A DNA stretch of 64,000 bases from Adineta vaga (lineage: Eukaryota; Animalia; Rotifera): positions 13,888,001 to 13,952,000 of the forward strand of contig CP075494.1 in the NCBI GenBank assembly GCA_021613535.1. The letters are read 5' to 3'. Under the pieces are notes generated by a model. The model did not search any database. It saw only the letters and a list, made by a program, of their open reading frames with translations, and had not been told where the DNA came from. This document shows positions 14,061 to 28,900 of the stretch, in pieces. The position numbers and the translations under genes were made by a program. The first letter of the stretch is position 1, and each line of letters starts with the position of its first letter.

Positions 14061-14474
14061 ACCATTGAAATATTCAAATAGATCATAAAATATTTCATTG
14101 GAAAAATCTTCAAAACATCTTATTGATTGTTGTTCTATTTACACTAAATAAGATCCTATTTTTCATTAAAGAAATAACTTACTCGAATGTTTCTTCATTG
14201 CTTCACTATGAGATTTATTGAAAAGGAAGTTTTCTTCAAGTTTATTCATATTCAATATATGCTTGACATTTATCCAATTTTTATATCATAAATGAACAAA
14301 AGAAGAAATCAGTATGGACGACTAAAGACGTAAACAATGAAAAAGACAGCTAATATTGATTCATTTTTTCAGATATGTTTGACCCCTAATACATTCATTA
14401 AATGAATTTCAGACAGAAAAGAAAATAATCAAGTGTCCTTAAATAATGATATGAAAAAGAAAAAAAACAAACGA

Positions 14475-14548
14475 ATTGGTGTGAAGCTAGCGCGACGAAA
14501 CAAAGATTTAGCTAAGTCTTTGTTTCGTCATGCTGGCGTCACATCGAT
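14475..14548. repeat. About 74-bp imperfect palindrome/hairpin
   Basis: gtgaagctagcgcgacgaaacaaagatttag pairs with ctaagtctttgtttcgtcatgctggcgtcac around the centre TTAGCTAA. Most non-Watson-Crick positions are G-T. Confidence 0.85.
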
Positions 14549-15230
14549 ATTCTCAATCATTTACTTTTCCGTATTATTAATCAAACATTAAGAATAGAAA
14601 ATCTTCAACTTCATTATTTGTTTAATAAACAGAAAAATATATTTGATTTATTATATCGTGGATAAATGTTATCAAATGAAGAATTTCAATAAATATGTTT
14701 TTTTCAACAGCAAAAGATAGTAATATAGCAGAAGAATTTGTTAAATGTGAATCATATCAAGCAGGAACTGATAAAACAAGTGTATTATTTTATATTCTGA
14801 AAGATTTATTACATTCCAAAAGAATTATTTTTGTCGATATTGAAAAAAAGAAGTTTTATTTGATATTGGATCAATTATCAGAATTGAAAATGTTATTTAT
14901 GGAAGATTTATTTAATAACAACAGATGAAGAATCAGATCATATTCAAATTTATATTAAATTTATTGAACAAGAAACTAATCCAACAATACTTTTAGGTAC
15001 TCTATTAATTGATATTGGCGATGCAAATTATGTAAGATTTTATTTTGAATATTTACTTGAAACACCAATGAGATATGAACAAGATTTACTAAATATTTGT
15101 CATAATTTTGGGTCGTGCAATTCATGCACAAGGAAGTTTTCTTGATGCAAAAAATTATTATCAATATACGTATGAAATACGAAAAATTCGTGAGGACAAA
15201 TTTGGTATTAAAAGATCATTAATAAGACTT
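14548..15230 (+). pseudogene. NAD(+):arginine ADP-ribosyltransferase (R-S-E class) pseudogene
   Basis: Fragments RIINQTLRIEN, LLYRG*MLSNEEF, FFSTAKDSNIAEEF...SVLFYI and EVLFDIGSIIRIENV occur in the expected order but in shifting frames with stops. Confidence 0.7.
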
Positions 15231-15233
15231 GAA

Positions 15234-15475
15234 TATTCCCTCGACTGAAAGGAGGGTCAAATGAAAAAAAAGTTTGTTTGTTTGTCTGTCTCAGGGTCAA
15301 AGGTCGAAAAAACATTTTTTTTTTGAAAATGCTCAAAACTTCATAAAACATCGTTTGTGAGGGATTAGGGCAAATTACAAAACAATAACTGTTTGTAATT
15401 TCGAAACAAATTTATGTTCGTCGCCAATTTCTACACTTCCTCTATAGTAGCAGCGTCCTAGCGTCCTTAACTAGT
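15234..15475 (+). mobile_element. Possible non-autonomous Helentron/DINE-like element remnant
   Basis: tattCCCTCgactgaaagGAGGGtc short inverted repeat followed by a gtttgtttgtttgtctgtc microsatellite, the layout of DINE-1/HINE 5' ends. The 3' boundary is uncertain. Confidence 0.3.
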
Positions 15476-17704
15476 CCACAAACATGCATGATTAAAGTCT
15501 TTCTTTTATAAAAACGAACTAATTTCTCTCGTTCGACGTCTGTTACATATACTGGACTGTACTGCAATAAATAAATTTTTGTTATACAGTTGATTACGGA
15601 AGTTTTGGAACAAATGTTCTCAAGCGTAATTTGAATTGGAAATTTTTTTTTGAAATATCTACGACATGACTTTCAAGATCATAAGCTAAAAAAGGACTAT
15701 GACGAGTACATAATAGTCAAATTCAAATTATTATGAATAACTTCAGCAAGAGAAAACGTTTACTGTTAGTCATTCAGTCGAGGGTTACTTGTAGTAATAG
15801 TTATTTGTGCGCGTTTTCCTCTACAGAATCCGTAATTATAGGATTTTGTTTCATTCTTCATGAGCAGGAGACACTTAAATAATGTATTTCGCCGATATTT
15901 AACTACACTCAAGTAGTATTTATCAGTCGAAGTCATTCGTTCGGCAAAAATGATAGAATCTAAAATTAGTTGTATATGCCAGTTACAAGATTGGATATCA
16001 ATTTACTCGACGTCATAAAACTTTATATACTAACGCGATATTTCAGTTATCTGATCAATAAATTTACCATTAATTTTATCATTGAAAGTATGCATTTATG
16101 AAGTTATCTGGAACGTTCTCATAACATAAGACCATGTGGTGAAACCGTTAAATACTTTTCAAACGAAATGACGGCTATTAAATACTAAAAATATGTGCTA
16201 CAAATTTTGGCATTTTTTTCAGATCCATTTCAAATACAGCAATCCTAGAAGCTATATGATGATGTGAATATAGTCTTTATGTTTTATATCATATCTTCTA
16301 TATTGCACTGAACATAAAAAGTATCTTTTAAATAAAAATTGCTCAGCTGCCGAAAAAATCAATACGATGAAGTTCTTATACATGTTTCATGATTGAAATT
16401 TTAGTACTGATCGTCATATGTTGCACAGACTATATCAAAAACTTTACTATATACTCTTTCAATGTGGTGACAATTTTTTTATGCTTTGAAACTACTAAGA
16501 AAACTTAGGGTAAGACAATTTTGCGATTTGACGGCAATTTAGATGAAGAATATAGACCTTTCACAGATGCCGCCTATAACCAGGGAGTAGTCATAGTAGT
16601 ATATATATATATAAATCAGTTGATTTTCTTTTCTTTGTTCAAGATTTTATGGTAAGTTTTATAAAATAATATTTTTTTTCGAAATAAAAAATATCTATTT
16701 TGTTGTTGTCAATAAACATTGGTTTACTGCTTAGTATAGATATTTTTACTTTTGCAGCATCTAACCAACTACAGTCAACTATCGCTACCATACCATATGA
16801 GAAATAAGAAGAAAGAAAGAAAAAAAAATAGAGAATGTTAAGGGGTAGCGATACGTAGTGTAAACGATGTGGGTACATTACATGTTGAACGAAATCAATC
16901 AATCGGATATGGACAGAGAGAAAAGAAAATTGCTGAGTAACCTTTTCAGATTGTTGTTTCATCTTCAACTAGCGTTACAAATATATTTCTCACTGTTCTT
17001 CACTACTGTACAATTGATCCAGACGTAGACATTGATTGATTTGTTTTTATTGTGAAGGTCGAACTATCACAACATCTTGCAACACCGAATGAACCCATTT
17101 ATATCACGTTCTATTCTATTCCCTAATATTCATTTTGCCATGTTTTTTTTCTTCACATCAGAATGAGTATTTCTATATGTCCCAAGTGAATAATCTTTGC
17201 TTGTAATTACCTATAATTATTAGTCTAACTTTATTATGGAAGTTAGTGAAATTAGTTTTAGATCGTACGTATTTTTTATTTTCATAATAATGAAGGTATG
17301 AATTTCGTTATCGTTTTCATGATTCCATTTGATTACGTAATGATAAACCTCTATTACTTCTCATTATTATCTATTATTGAAATATATATATCGATTGTGA
17401 AGAATATTATGACGATATCATTTCTCTAATTCTATTTTAGATATAATATGTTGATTTATTATCGTCATTATCTATTATTTTCATCTTCATCTATGATATT
17501 ATCAGGATTTAATCGACACGAATCATGTCTATGAATTATGTTTTCATATTAATAGATATTTAATTAATTACTATTCATCTTTAATACAAAAGAAAAAGAC
17601 AACGAACGAACCACAAACTCGATTGTTATCTCATTTCTGTTATCTTCTATAAAAACATCCATTTTGCATAATACAATAATTAACACATTGGATTTTTTTT
17701 GTCA

Positions 17705-20700
17705 ATGTCGACTCAAAGTGAAAACGATCATATTAATAAACTTCAGGGAGACAACCAATCAAACGTAAATGCTCCACAGTAAGTTATCATGTTTTATTAA
17801 TTCTTCTACTTAGAATATTATCTATTAAAGATCATCCATCGATGGACATAATAATAATCAAGAAGAAGTAAGCAGAACAGATGATAGTAAAATAACGTAA
17901 GTCAAAACATTTTTTCGTATTAGTTTGAATATTTTGTAAAATTTTCACATGTTTTAGAGATAATTCAATGAATGAAACAGAAGCGAAAAATAATAATAAT
18001 GATGATATGGTAATAAATCCCAATACGACGACGATAGCCAATGTTACTGAAGGATCAGAACAACAACAACAAACACAAACCACAGAATCAACCATAAACA
18101 GTACTGAAGATGATTATCGACCTAAACGACCCTATAATTCAAAACCTAAATATTCAACGATGTCTTATCATCGAGCACCATATTATACAAATGGTTATTC
18201 ATATGGACCGGCACCCTATTATTTTTATCCAGTAGCACCAATCAATGAAAAACCAACACCATTGATGGTTATTCCAACACAACCGGCAACTAATACAACA
18301 ACAGTATCAGATAATTCAACCAGTAATTCAACAACAGTTTCACCTCAAAATTTACCACCACGTTTGAGGCAAACGTCAGTCAGTGAAAATGATTCAAATC
18401 CACAACAACAATCATCGTCGTCTCAAACCTCAACAGCCCAACCTCCAACAACCAATGGTCGTCGTCATCGAAGTATTTTACCACGTGGTAGTTGTAATTA
18501 TTATTCTCCACATCCACCACCCCTTATGGCTACACCACCTGGTGTTCTTTTCCCTTATCCACCAACTGTTCATCAACCAGGTCATATTGCATATAACATT
18601 CGAACACCAGATGAACTTGAATTGCTTGCTTTTCAACAACAACTAATGAACATACCGCCATCAGTTATTTGGCCACCGGCATCAGCATATTCTCACTTTC
18701 CATCATATTCAATGTATGATCCATCGTCATATATGTACAATAATTCATCAACAATGAATTCAAATAATTCATTACTTAATCCAGAAGCAGCAGAATGGGT
18801 ACCAACGAGTACTGATGCCGATACATCTTCATCAGATAACAATATTTTAATTGATGATGAAATCAATTTTCCACCATTAAATAATCATCGTGCAGAAGAA
18901 AATAATTCAGAACAGAAACCTCAAGTAGAATCTTTTCAAGATACAATTTCAACTAATAAAACAGATGATAATACAACAGTAATTTCATCGAAACTTGATT
19001 CAACTATTACTAATCCAGCATCTAGTCAAGATGATAATAAAAATTCATCATTATCAAAACCAACAACGGTGACATATTCAACTGTAATTCTTCAGACACC
19101 AGCTGTCAATAAACTACCTAAGAATCCACAAAGTCAACAACAATCAACGAATCATATACAGGTTTCAACAACAACGAAAGATCGACCAACGAAACAACAA
19201 CCAATCGTTCGTAATTCAAAAGATAATTCTTCTCGTCGACGTCCATATCCATCAAATCGAAATAATTTCAATCGTACACGAAATATTCTTCCAACAGAAA
19301 CACCAAAACCGCAAGAACAAATTACGGACGATTGGATCGAAGTTAAATCGAAAAAAACAAAAAAATTCGATCGTTCAAACAATGATATTCAATATGAAAA
19401 TTCATTAAAAATCTCTTCGAAATTAGCGTCAGATGAAAAACTTCATAAAACAATATCACCACCCTCATCATTATCATCTGCTGATGAAAATACAACAACA
19501 ACAACCTACTCATCCGAAGAAGAAGAAGAAGAAGATGATGATGTAGACGATGTAAATAATCCATCCAATGATACACTTTCAGATGTTGTTGAAAATAAAA
19601 CAGTAATAACGGCCACAGTAACAACAGATTATAATCAAACAATTATCGAAAATATACATAAACGACTTGATAATGGTGAACAATTATTAATTCTTATGAG
19701 AGGATGTCCAGGTGAGTCATTATGATATTTAATACGTTCTCATTCATATAATTTATTTCATAGGTTCTGGTAAATCAACATTAGCTAAGTAAGTTTGTAT
19801 TTTTATATTTAAAACATTTATCGCTATTCTTTATTCAATAGATCACTCAATGATGGATATAATGGTCAAATATTATCTACAGATGGATATTATCGAGATA
19901 ATAACAATCTCAATGAATATTTCTTTGATCCATCGAAACATGAAGATGCGCATTATTATTATAATAGTCGATTAGGTTGGATATCTTTCTTTCTTTTTCA
20001 GAGCATTTCGATATTTTTCTATTCTATTTTCTAGCATCAGATGCGTTCAAACAAAATATTTCTCCCATCATTATTGATAATACAAATATAACAACATGGG
20101 AAATGAAACCATATGTTTTAATGGTAAGCATCAATTGATCTCATTTGTTTTAAGATTTTAACATTAATTATGTATATAGGGCAAAGAAGCAGGTTATGAA
20201 ATACTTCTAGTCGAACCACAAACACCTTGGCGTTATAAAGCTCATGAATTAGTCAAGTAAGTTCATTTACTTTTCGTAAATCTTGATATTTTTGATCGAC
20301 CTTTTCAAATACAGATACTCATTTAGTCTATTGTGTGGTATGTTTATTTTCTATTCATGTAGAACGACTCTTTTTTTCTTTTCACTGGGAAGCTTGTTTT
20401 CTTAAGCTTTTTGCATTGACCTTATATTTAATTATAGAAAGTTTCAATCAATATCATAAAGATACATTCTATCAATCACTAATATACTTTTTAACGATAT
20501 ATTCCGAAGAAAGTCTTCAATGAAAAACAATGCTCATTATTCTCAAAGCTTAATTCTTATAATATGCAGAGAATATTCTAATAATCTATATTTAAAATGC
20601 CTGGTTCGCGTAAAAAAAAAGAAAAAAAAATGACGTAATTCGAAAGAATTTTGAAATTCTCTTCTTCAATATTTTTCTGATCTTATAATAATAAATTTAT

Positions 20701-23700
20701 AAGTCTGAAAAGTTATATTGACTTCTTATTCTTAATTGTTTATATTTTTCTACAAAGATTGATTTTATTTTTTCAATTTAGACGTAATGTTCACAGTTTA
20801 TCATTACAACGTATTAACGATATGTTAAATCGTTTTGAACATAATGTTACTATTGAAAATATTATTGATCAAACAAAAACAAATATCTACTTACCTTGTC
20901 AATCTCCACAAATATTCGATCCACATCAAACAGATAATGAATCGATTGATCCGATATTAACATCGAAAAAATTCTATGAAATTATCGATGATTCAAACAT
21001 TCTAAATGATGTTCGTCTTTGTATTAATGATATGATCTTATTTTTAACATCAAATTTCTATCAAACATCTCAATCATCGACATCATTATCGATTTCATTT
21101 TCCGATCTATCATTAATTCCTTCATCACCATCGACACCAACAACACCACATTCACTATTTCATCGATCATTATCACGTTTTTCATCAACAACAACTAGTC
21201 AAGATCATTCACTTACGAATGATCATTTCTTACGTTTACCAACGACATCATTTTCACGTTGTATCGAAAATATAACACCACCATCATCATCAAATTCAAG
21301 TATTATTGGAAAAAAACGACGAAAAAGTAAAAATAAACAATCACCACATCAATCTGATGAAATGTTATTCAATACAAATAATAATAATAATAATCAGATG
21401 ATCAATGAAGAAGATAATTATTCTCAACAATCAATATATAATGTTTGTCTTCCAGAAGATTGCACTGATTTTATTGTTATTGATGAACAGGATAAGAATG
21501 ATTGGTTTCATAATTTGACTCAAACATTTCAAATACAAGGCAATTCTAACCGGTAAATGACGTTTTATTTCTTTTGATTTCAAAGCAAATTGTCTATGAC
21601 TCATTTTGTCGTCGTTTTTTCCTCTTTCCTCTACGAATTCATATATGTAGTGGCGCTCGCCTTCTACAGGAGAAGAATGTAATAAACGTCTATTATGTCT
21701 TGTTTTTTTTTTGACTACTTCACTTTACTCTCACATGATCATTTGTCTCGCGTAAAAAAATTTAATTTCTACGATGGAAAGTACTCTAAAGAAAATGTAT
21801 AAAGAAACAATGAGGTAAATTCTAATTTCATGCGAGAATTTATTTTTCCTCTTCAATCATGATTGTTATGAACTATTTTATTTTATCTAGGGATCATTCA
21901 TCCACAATCCCACATCAACAAAAACCCGTTTCAAATAAAAAATCTCAATTATTGAATATCATTCATGATGGATTAACAAAATCATCAACAACAATTGAAC
22001 AACGTTCATCCATTTCCATGAATCATATGGCTATTCAATGTTCATCAGAAGATTTCACTCAAGATATTTATGATACTGATCGAATTCTATTCGGTCATTT
22101 ATCGAGTCAATCAACTCTTTCATCACCTATTTCCCCACCTCCAGGTTATATCGATCGTGGTATACAAGTTGATTTAAATGAACATAATATTAATTCTCTA
22201 GCAGATTTAATTGAATTCTATTCTGATCGTTTATCATCAGAAATAGTCAAACAATTTTATGAACTATGTAACTCAGATATGTCATGGTCTCGAACACATA
22301 TTGATGAATATCTTAAACATATTCGTATCGAATCAACAATTCCAACATTAAGACAGTTAAGTTTTAATGCATTAAATCAATGGAATGAACAAATTAAATA
22401 TTCAAATCCATCATTTGATACCATATCAATCGGAGATATACTTCAAGATATAAATGATGACGATGCTTTCGAAGAATTAATCTTAGATAATGAAACAAAG
22501 TCGAATTCAATAGAAATGACTGATTCAAATCAAATTATAGTTCCATGGTCAATGATCAATTCATTACAGGAATTATATGGTGAATTACCAACAACATCTT
22601 CATTTTCGTATGATACAAATGGTTTATCATTACCATTAGATGATGAACTTTCAATGAATATTTATCAATCACTACAAAGATTTTTAGGTGTATCGAATCA
22701 AATAACTAAACCGGTGAACGAAAAGAAAGTCACGAAGGAAAATAAAAAAGTCACTAAACAACCACAACAACGAAACTTACCAAAACTAAACGAATCAAAT
22801 GCAATCAATTCAAATAAGAAAACTAATGGTCCATCGTTACAAGACATTATGAATGAAGAATTGAATTACCTTCAAACACAAAAATCAGTACCGGTATGAA
22901 ATAATCATAGAATTATTCGATAGGCAGTTTCATTTTTGTTTAGAAAGAAAATCGTTTTCTTTTTATAAACCTCCTTTTTTTCTGGTTCATTTCAGAAACG
23001 TCCACTTGATTTTGCTAGTCAACATAAATTACGAGAATTAGAACGTCATTTTCCAACTATTTCAGCCGATGTTATGTATGAAATCTTTTTGGAAAATGAA
23101 TCAGATTATGATTTAACATTTGTTTGTATTTCGTCAATGCTTGACGAAAATGCTTTGGTTGCAACACCGTCCAAACCTCAATCACTACCGCAACCACCAT
23201 CACCACCCACATCAACTATCAATCGTTCTACAACAGTAGCAACAACAACATCATCATCGTTACAACAATCTGAAGTTGAATCATATGAAATTGCCAGACG
23301 TGATGCTCGTAATTGTGCTTTAAAACGAAAAGATTGTTATCTTAAAGCAGATCAAGCCAATCGTCATGGAATGTCTGGTGTTGCATCATATTATATCAAT
23401 CAAGCTCGAGAACAAACTCGATCTATGAAAGAAGCGAATCGTATCGCATGTGAATATTTATCTCGAAAAAGACTTATTCAATTTCGTCAAACACATCGTC
23501 TTGATCTACATGAATTACATGCAGATGAAGCACTTATTTTATTTAAACTAGTAGAACAAGAATTAAGTGAAGGAAATCGACGAACAACACCAAAATCTAT
23601 TGAAGTTATTACTGGTTATGGTAAAAATTCACCGTATGGCGGTGGTTCGGGAAAAATACGTTCCGTTATTCTTTCTTATTTACGACAAAAAAATTATAAG

Positions 23701-23823
23701 TAAGTTATTTCATAAACAAATAAGAACAATCATATAAATTAATTTATCGTTAAATAAAACTCTATTTTGAATTGTTTTAGATATTCAGAACCAAACAAAG
23801 GTGCGATTTCAGTGCAATTTTAG
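17705..23823 (+). CDS. N4BP2: NEDD4-binding protein 2-like: P-loop polynucleotide kinase, CUE, DUF1771 and Smr domains; multi-exon
   Basis: LLILMRGCPGSGKSTLAK across an intron; PIIIDNTNITTWEMKPYV; EILLVEPQTPWRY; CUE-like LERHFPTISADVMYEIF; GVASYYINQAR (DUF1771); Smr LDLHELHADEAL...IEVITGYGKNS...YSEPNKGAISVQF-TAG. Confidence 0.9.
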
Positions 23824-24961
23824 CCAATGCACAAAAACGTTTTTTTTGATGGACTTTTAATAATTAGTTTAAAGCTATTTGATTGTTTTCTTTTCTCTTT
23901 GATTTGATTTGTTTATTTTTCTTGTGTGTTGAATGTAGGTAGCGCGTGTATGCGCAGTGATCTTCTCTACGATTTCACACTAGCTCTATTAGTTGTTGTT
24001 GTTGTTCCTTTTTTCTTGTGTTTAGCGCGAGTCTTTCACTAGTTTCTTTTCTCTTTATTCAACTCTATTACTATGATACGCATACATTTATTATCGATTG
24101 TAGTTCTTTCTCTGTCCTCGAGATATATATATATATATATATCTGTGTGTGCGTGTTTTGCAAGGAAAGAAAAAAACAAAAACAACAAATCGTGTTTGAA
24201 AGAGATATACTGAATCTCATACAGTTTATCTCTTGTTTTTTTTGTTCACCGTGTGACTTTTCTTCTTCTTCTGTTTATTTATTTCATCACTTATCCGGTT
24301 AGTTTTGATTTGCTCTTTTCTTCATGCTAACAGCTCAGGAACTTTGTTTTTTTGGCTGCTTCAGGAAGATGCACATATATTCAAGTATTTGAATGCTCCT
24401 TTTTGGTGCTAATTGATCAGACAATCATATGATCGATGAAGACGGTGTGTGTATGATTTTTTTTGTGTCTCATAATAATTAAAACGTGAATGATGACCAA
24501 AGGAAAAAACGAATTGATCGAGAAAGTGCCATTTCTTTTTCTTTTTCTTGTTTGCGTGTGTTTGTTTGTGTGTGTGTGATATTTAAACACCCCATCCGTG
24601 ATTAGAGTTATAATGTTTGTTTTTGAAGTAGAGTAAACAGGAGTCGCTTGCGTCTATGCAGCAGGATTTTGTCCAACTCTGTTCAATTTTGGTCAACTTT
24701 AACCATACATGCGTGTTTTGTTCGGTTATTTTTTTAGTGAAAACAGTCCTTGTTTTTCCTTTTTTTTGGCTTTCGTACGCGTTGTTTCAACTGGTTTTTG
24801 TTTTTGGTTTGTAGAAAAAGAAAAACAAACATTGAAAAAAAAATAAAGGATTAGGCAAATAAAAAAAAGAAAACATTAACTTATTCTTTTGTTATATGAT
24901 CGTGAATCTGTTTGCAGATATATAAATAAATATATTTATTACATTCGATAACGATACAAAG

Positions 24962-25929
<968 letters not shown>

Positions 25930-28900
25930 ATAATTAGAATTAGACTCAAATGATGTTTCACTTCCTTTTTTTTATGATTATGAGTTGTTCTATTAATCTT
26001 TTTCTTTCTCTCTTTCTGTTTTCTTTTGCTCTATTTTTCTAAACAAACAGACTCGATAAATGAATGTATAAGTGTCATGTATAAATCATCAAAACAAAAA
26101 CTGTTCTTGTGATTCTCAGAGCGATAACAAAAACACTGTTTTTTTTTAAATGCATTTCTGTTAATTAAAAAATCATTTGACTGCATTCATTTCTTTTTCT
26201 TCATGTCTGTTCTAACAAAATGTAACCAAAAGAAAACTAAAAACAAGAATAAATTTTTGTTTCTCATAATTTTCTTATCTTATGGGCAAAATAAAACAAA
26301 CGATCTTGTTTTATTCTTTTCGATACGACATAATTGAATCTGACACCCGTAAAGTCAAGTTACCCTTGATACATAGATGAACATGTATTAACATATTAAA
26401 ATAACACTCAATCTTGATCTTAATCACGCACAAAATCAATTATATCGATCTTTTTAAGTATATTACTGTCATTCCTATCAGATTTCGTTCGTATTTCTTG
26501 AACAAAATATTTACATTCCAAAACACTTGATCTTCTGTGTTCTTATCTCTATCATCATCTTTGAATCCTACTTATCAAGATAAACAAATGAAAAGAAAAA
26601 GTCTTTTAACCTGTACTACAATCTCTATTGTAAGTTATTTATTATCTATCAACATAAAAGTTTAATTATATAGTATCAAAACATATCTGACCTCCTTTTC
26701 TATTTATAGAAGAAATATAAAAATAGATAATTGATCTTCTACTCGTCGACATATTTATATATTCTAATCATTTCGAGAATGCAGCTTTCGTAAATTATCA
26801 TCAGCAAATATAAATCTGTTTATATTCGTTTGTAATAATAAATTCTATTTATAGAATTGACTAAGCTTTGCGGAAAAAATATATTTATATATAAATCTAC
26901 TAGTAGTTCAGGAAGAAAATAATGACATAGTGATATAAGAAGAAGTTTTGAAATTGTCTCATCATGAACGCGATTGTAGTGAACGCATTCATTCTAAGTA
27001 GAAGAAGAAGAAAGTAAGAGAATACACTTAGTTCTCTAATGAAAAAAAGAAACCGATGTTGACACTCTTAGTTTCGTGATAATATTTGTAAGTTGATCTT
27101 TCATTCATTTACACGTTCATATATTTATCTATTAACTTGAATTCTCTTCGTTCAAATGTATTTTCATCTTATTACGGATTTATTATCTATCATAAATTAA
27201 CAGCAAGTAAAATACAACGTAAAAGTATTAGGAGAAGATTGATCTGATTTGTTAACCTTTGTATCAAATTTTCATGGCTGGTGCATGTGGTCGTTCCAAT
27301 CGTAGTCAATCCAAAGCAATGATATTTTCATATTCAGTAAGAAAAGATTGTCTTTCGTAAATTTTCATAGAAGAAAAACAAAAATACGCAAGTATTAGAT
27401 TCTTTTTAATATTTAAAAATACTAAGAGGAGAATTTCGAATGAATGTATTTAGTTTTCTTTGAATAGATAAGTTCGATTATAGATTTTCAAAGTTTAGTT
27501 GTACTTGGGAGTATGTTTATAAAGAGCAATTGTGAGCTTGATCTTGATATTATATGTTAATGCGCACATTATTTTATTTGGGATTAGATTTTTCTTTTAG
27601 ACGCATTATTTATCGACTATATAAAAAATGCGTATATTAAACAAAATCTCGCTTTTATATCCAACGAAAACTAAGTTGAGGAGAATGTCTCAACAAGTGT
27701 GATCTACTTGAGATATACCGGCTTATAATCATTAGAGTCTTCTGTATAACACTGTCTATTTTTGGAAACATTTAAGAGAAGCAGCTGGTTCAGATAGGTA
27801 GTTGTTTATGTGCATTTTTAACAACTATTACGAGGTTCTTTGAAAAAATTTAACATTTCCTGAAAACATCATCAAACTTCAGTTTTCTTAATCAAACCCA
27901 ATTTTGTTCTTTTGCGTTGCAAATTCAATCTCAGTTTATCTTTCGCGGAAAATTTCCATTTTTTTTATACTTGATAACTTTATAAAAGCATGCCACTTGA
28001 ATTAATGACATAATTCAAATGTTTACTAATATTGAACGTCAAAGATTTCAAACACGTTAAGTATTCTTTTTTCTAAGTCATTTGCGTCATTGAAAAAAAA
28101 GAAAGAGGTAATCTATCTTTATCGTCATTTTCTAATCTTACTGCGTAATTAATAATTGATGAAACTGAGAAATTAATCTTTGACGTAAGTGTAAATTATG
28201 ATCTGCATCGTTAGAAGAATGATCATATTAATATTTATTTCCTATTCAAAATTTTGACCTCTTTTTTCAATCGTAATTCGAGAGTATATATTCTCTATCT
28301 AAATCGATGTGTTATTTAGATCATTTGTATATTAATATTCATTCTCAAGAGAATTAACGTTGCTAAGAAGACCCATAAAAATAATTAGCATTTAAATATA
28401 CACAATGATTTTGATAAATGGCTTTTTTTTCTTCTTTCTTACTTAAATGGAATCGAGCTTAGTCAATTTTTTTGATGCACAGCAGGACGAGAGAGAAAAA
28501 ACCGTTTACTAATGAAACTCGACAAGTTATGTGCGTCATATACCCTTTTTTCTAATTAAAATATCTACATTTATTTGACAACGACATAGGAACCAATCAA
28601 TTCGTTGCATTAAAATCTAAAAGAAAATGTTCGATAATGCATTTCCATTATCGATTTATCATTATTTATTTGCCATTAAACTCTCATCTTTGTCAAATGG
28701 AATAGTATGTGTCTAGAGCTTCGGTTTTCTATATAAAACATATATTTTTCTTTATCATAAATGCACAAATACGATTATTCGAGTGAGAAAGAATTCAATC
28801 ACGAATATTGACTAGAAAAAAAACTAGGAAGAAAAGGAAAAGAAAACTATGTTGTCAATCTAAGAAGAGAATGAGAAAGAAGCTTTGCATTGATTAGATT

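Noticed and set aside
16639-16968. 109-aa ORF
   Set aside because: Low-complexity Phe/Tyr-rich translation of AT-rich DNA with no motifs.
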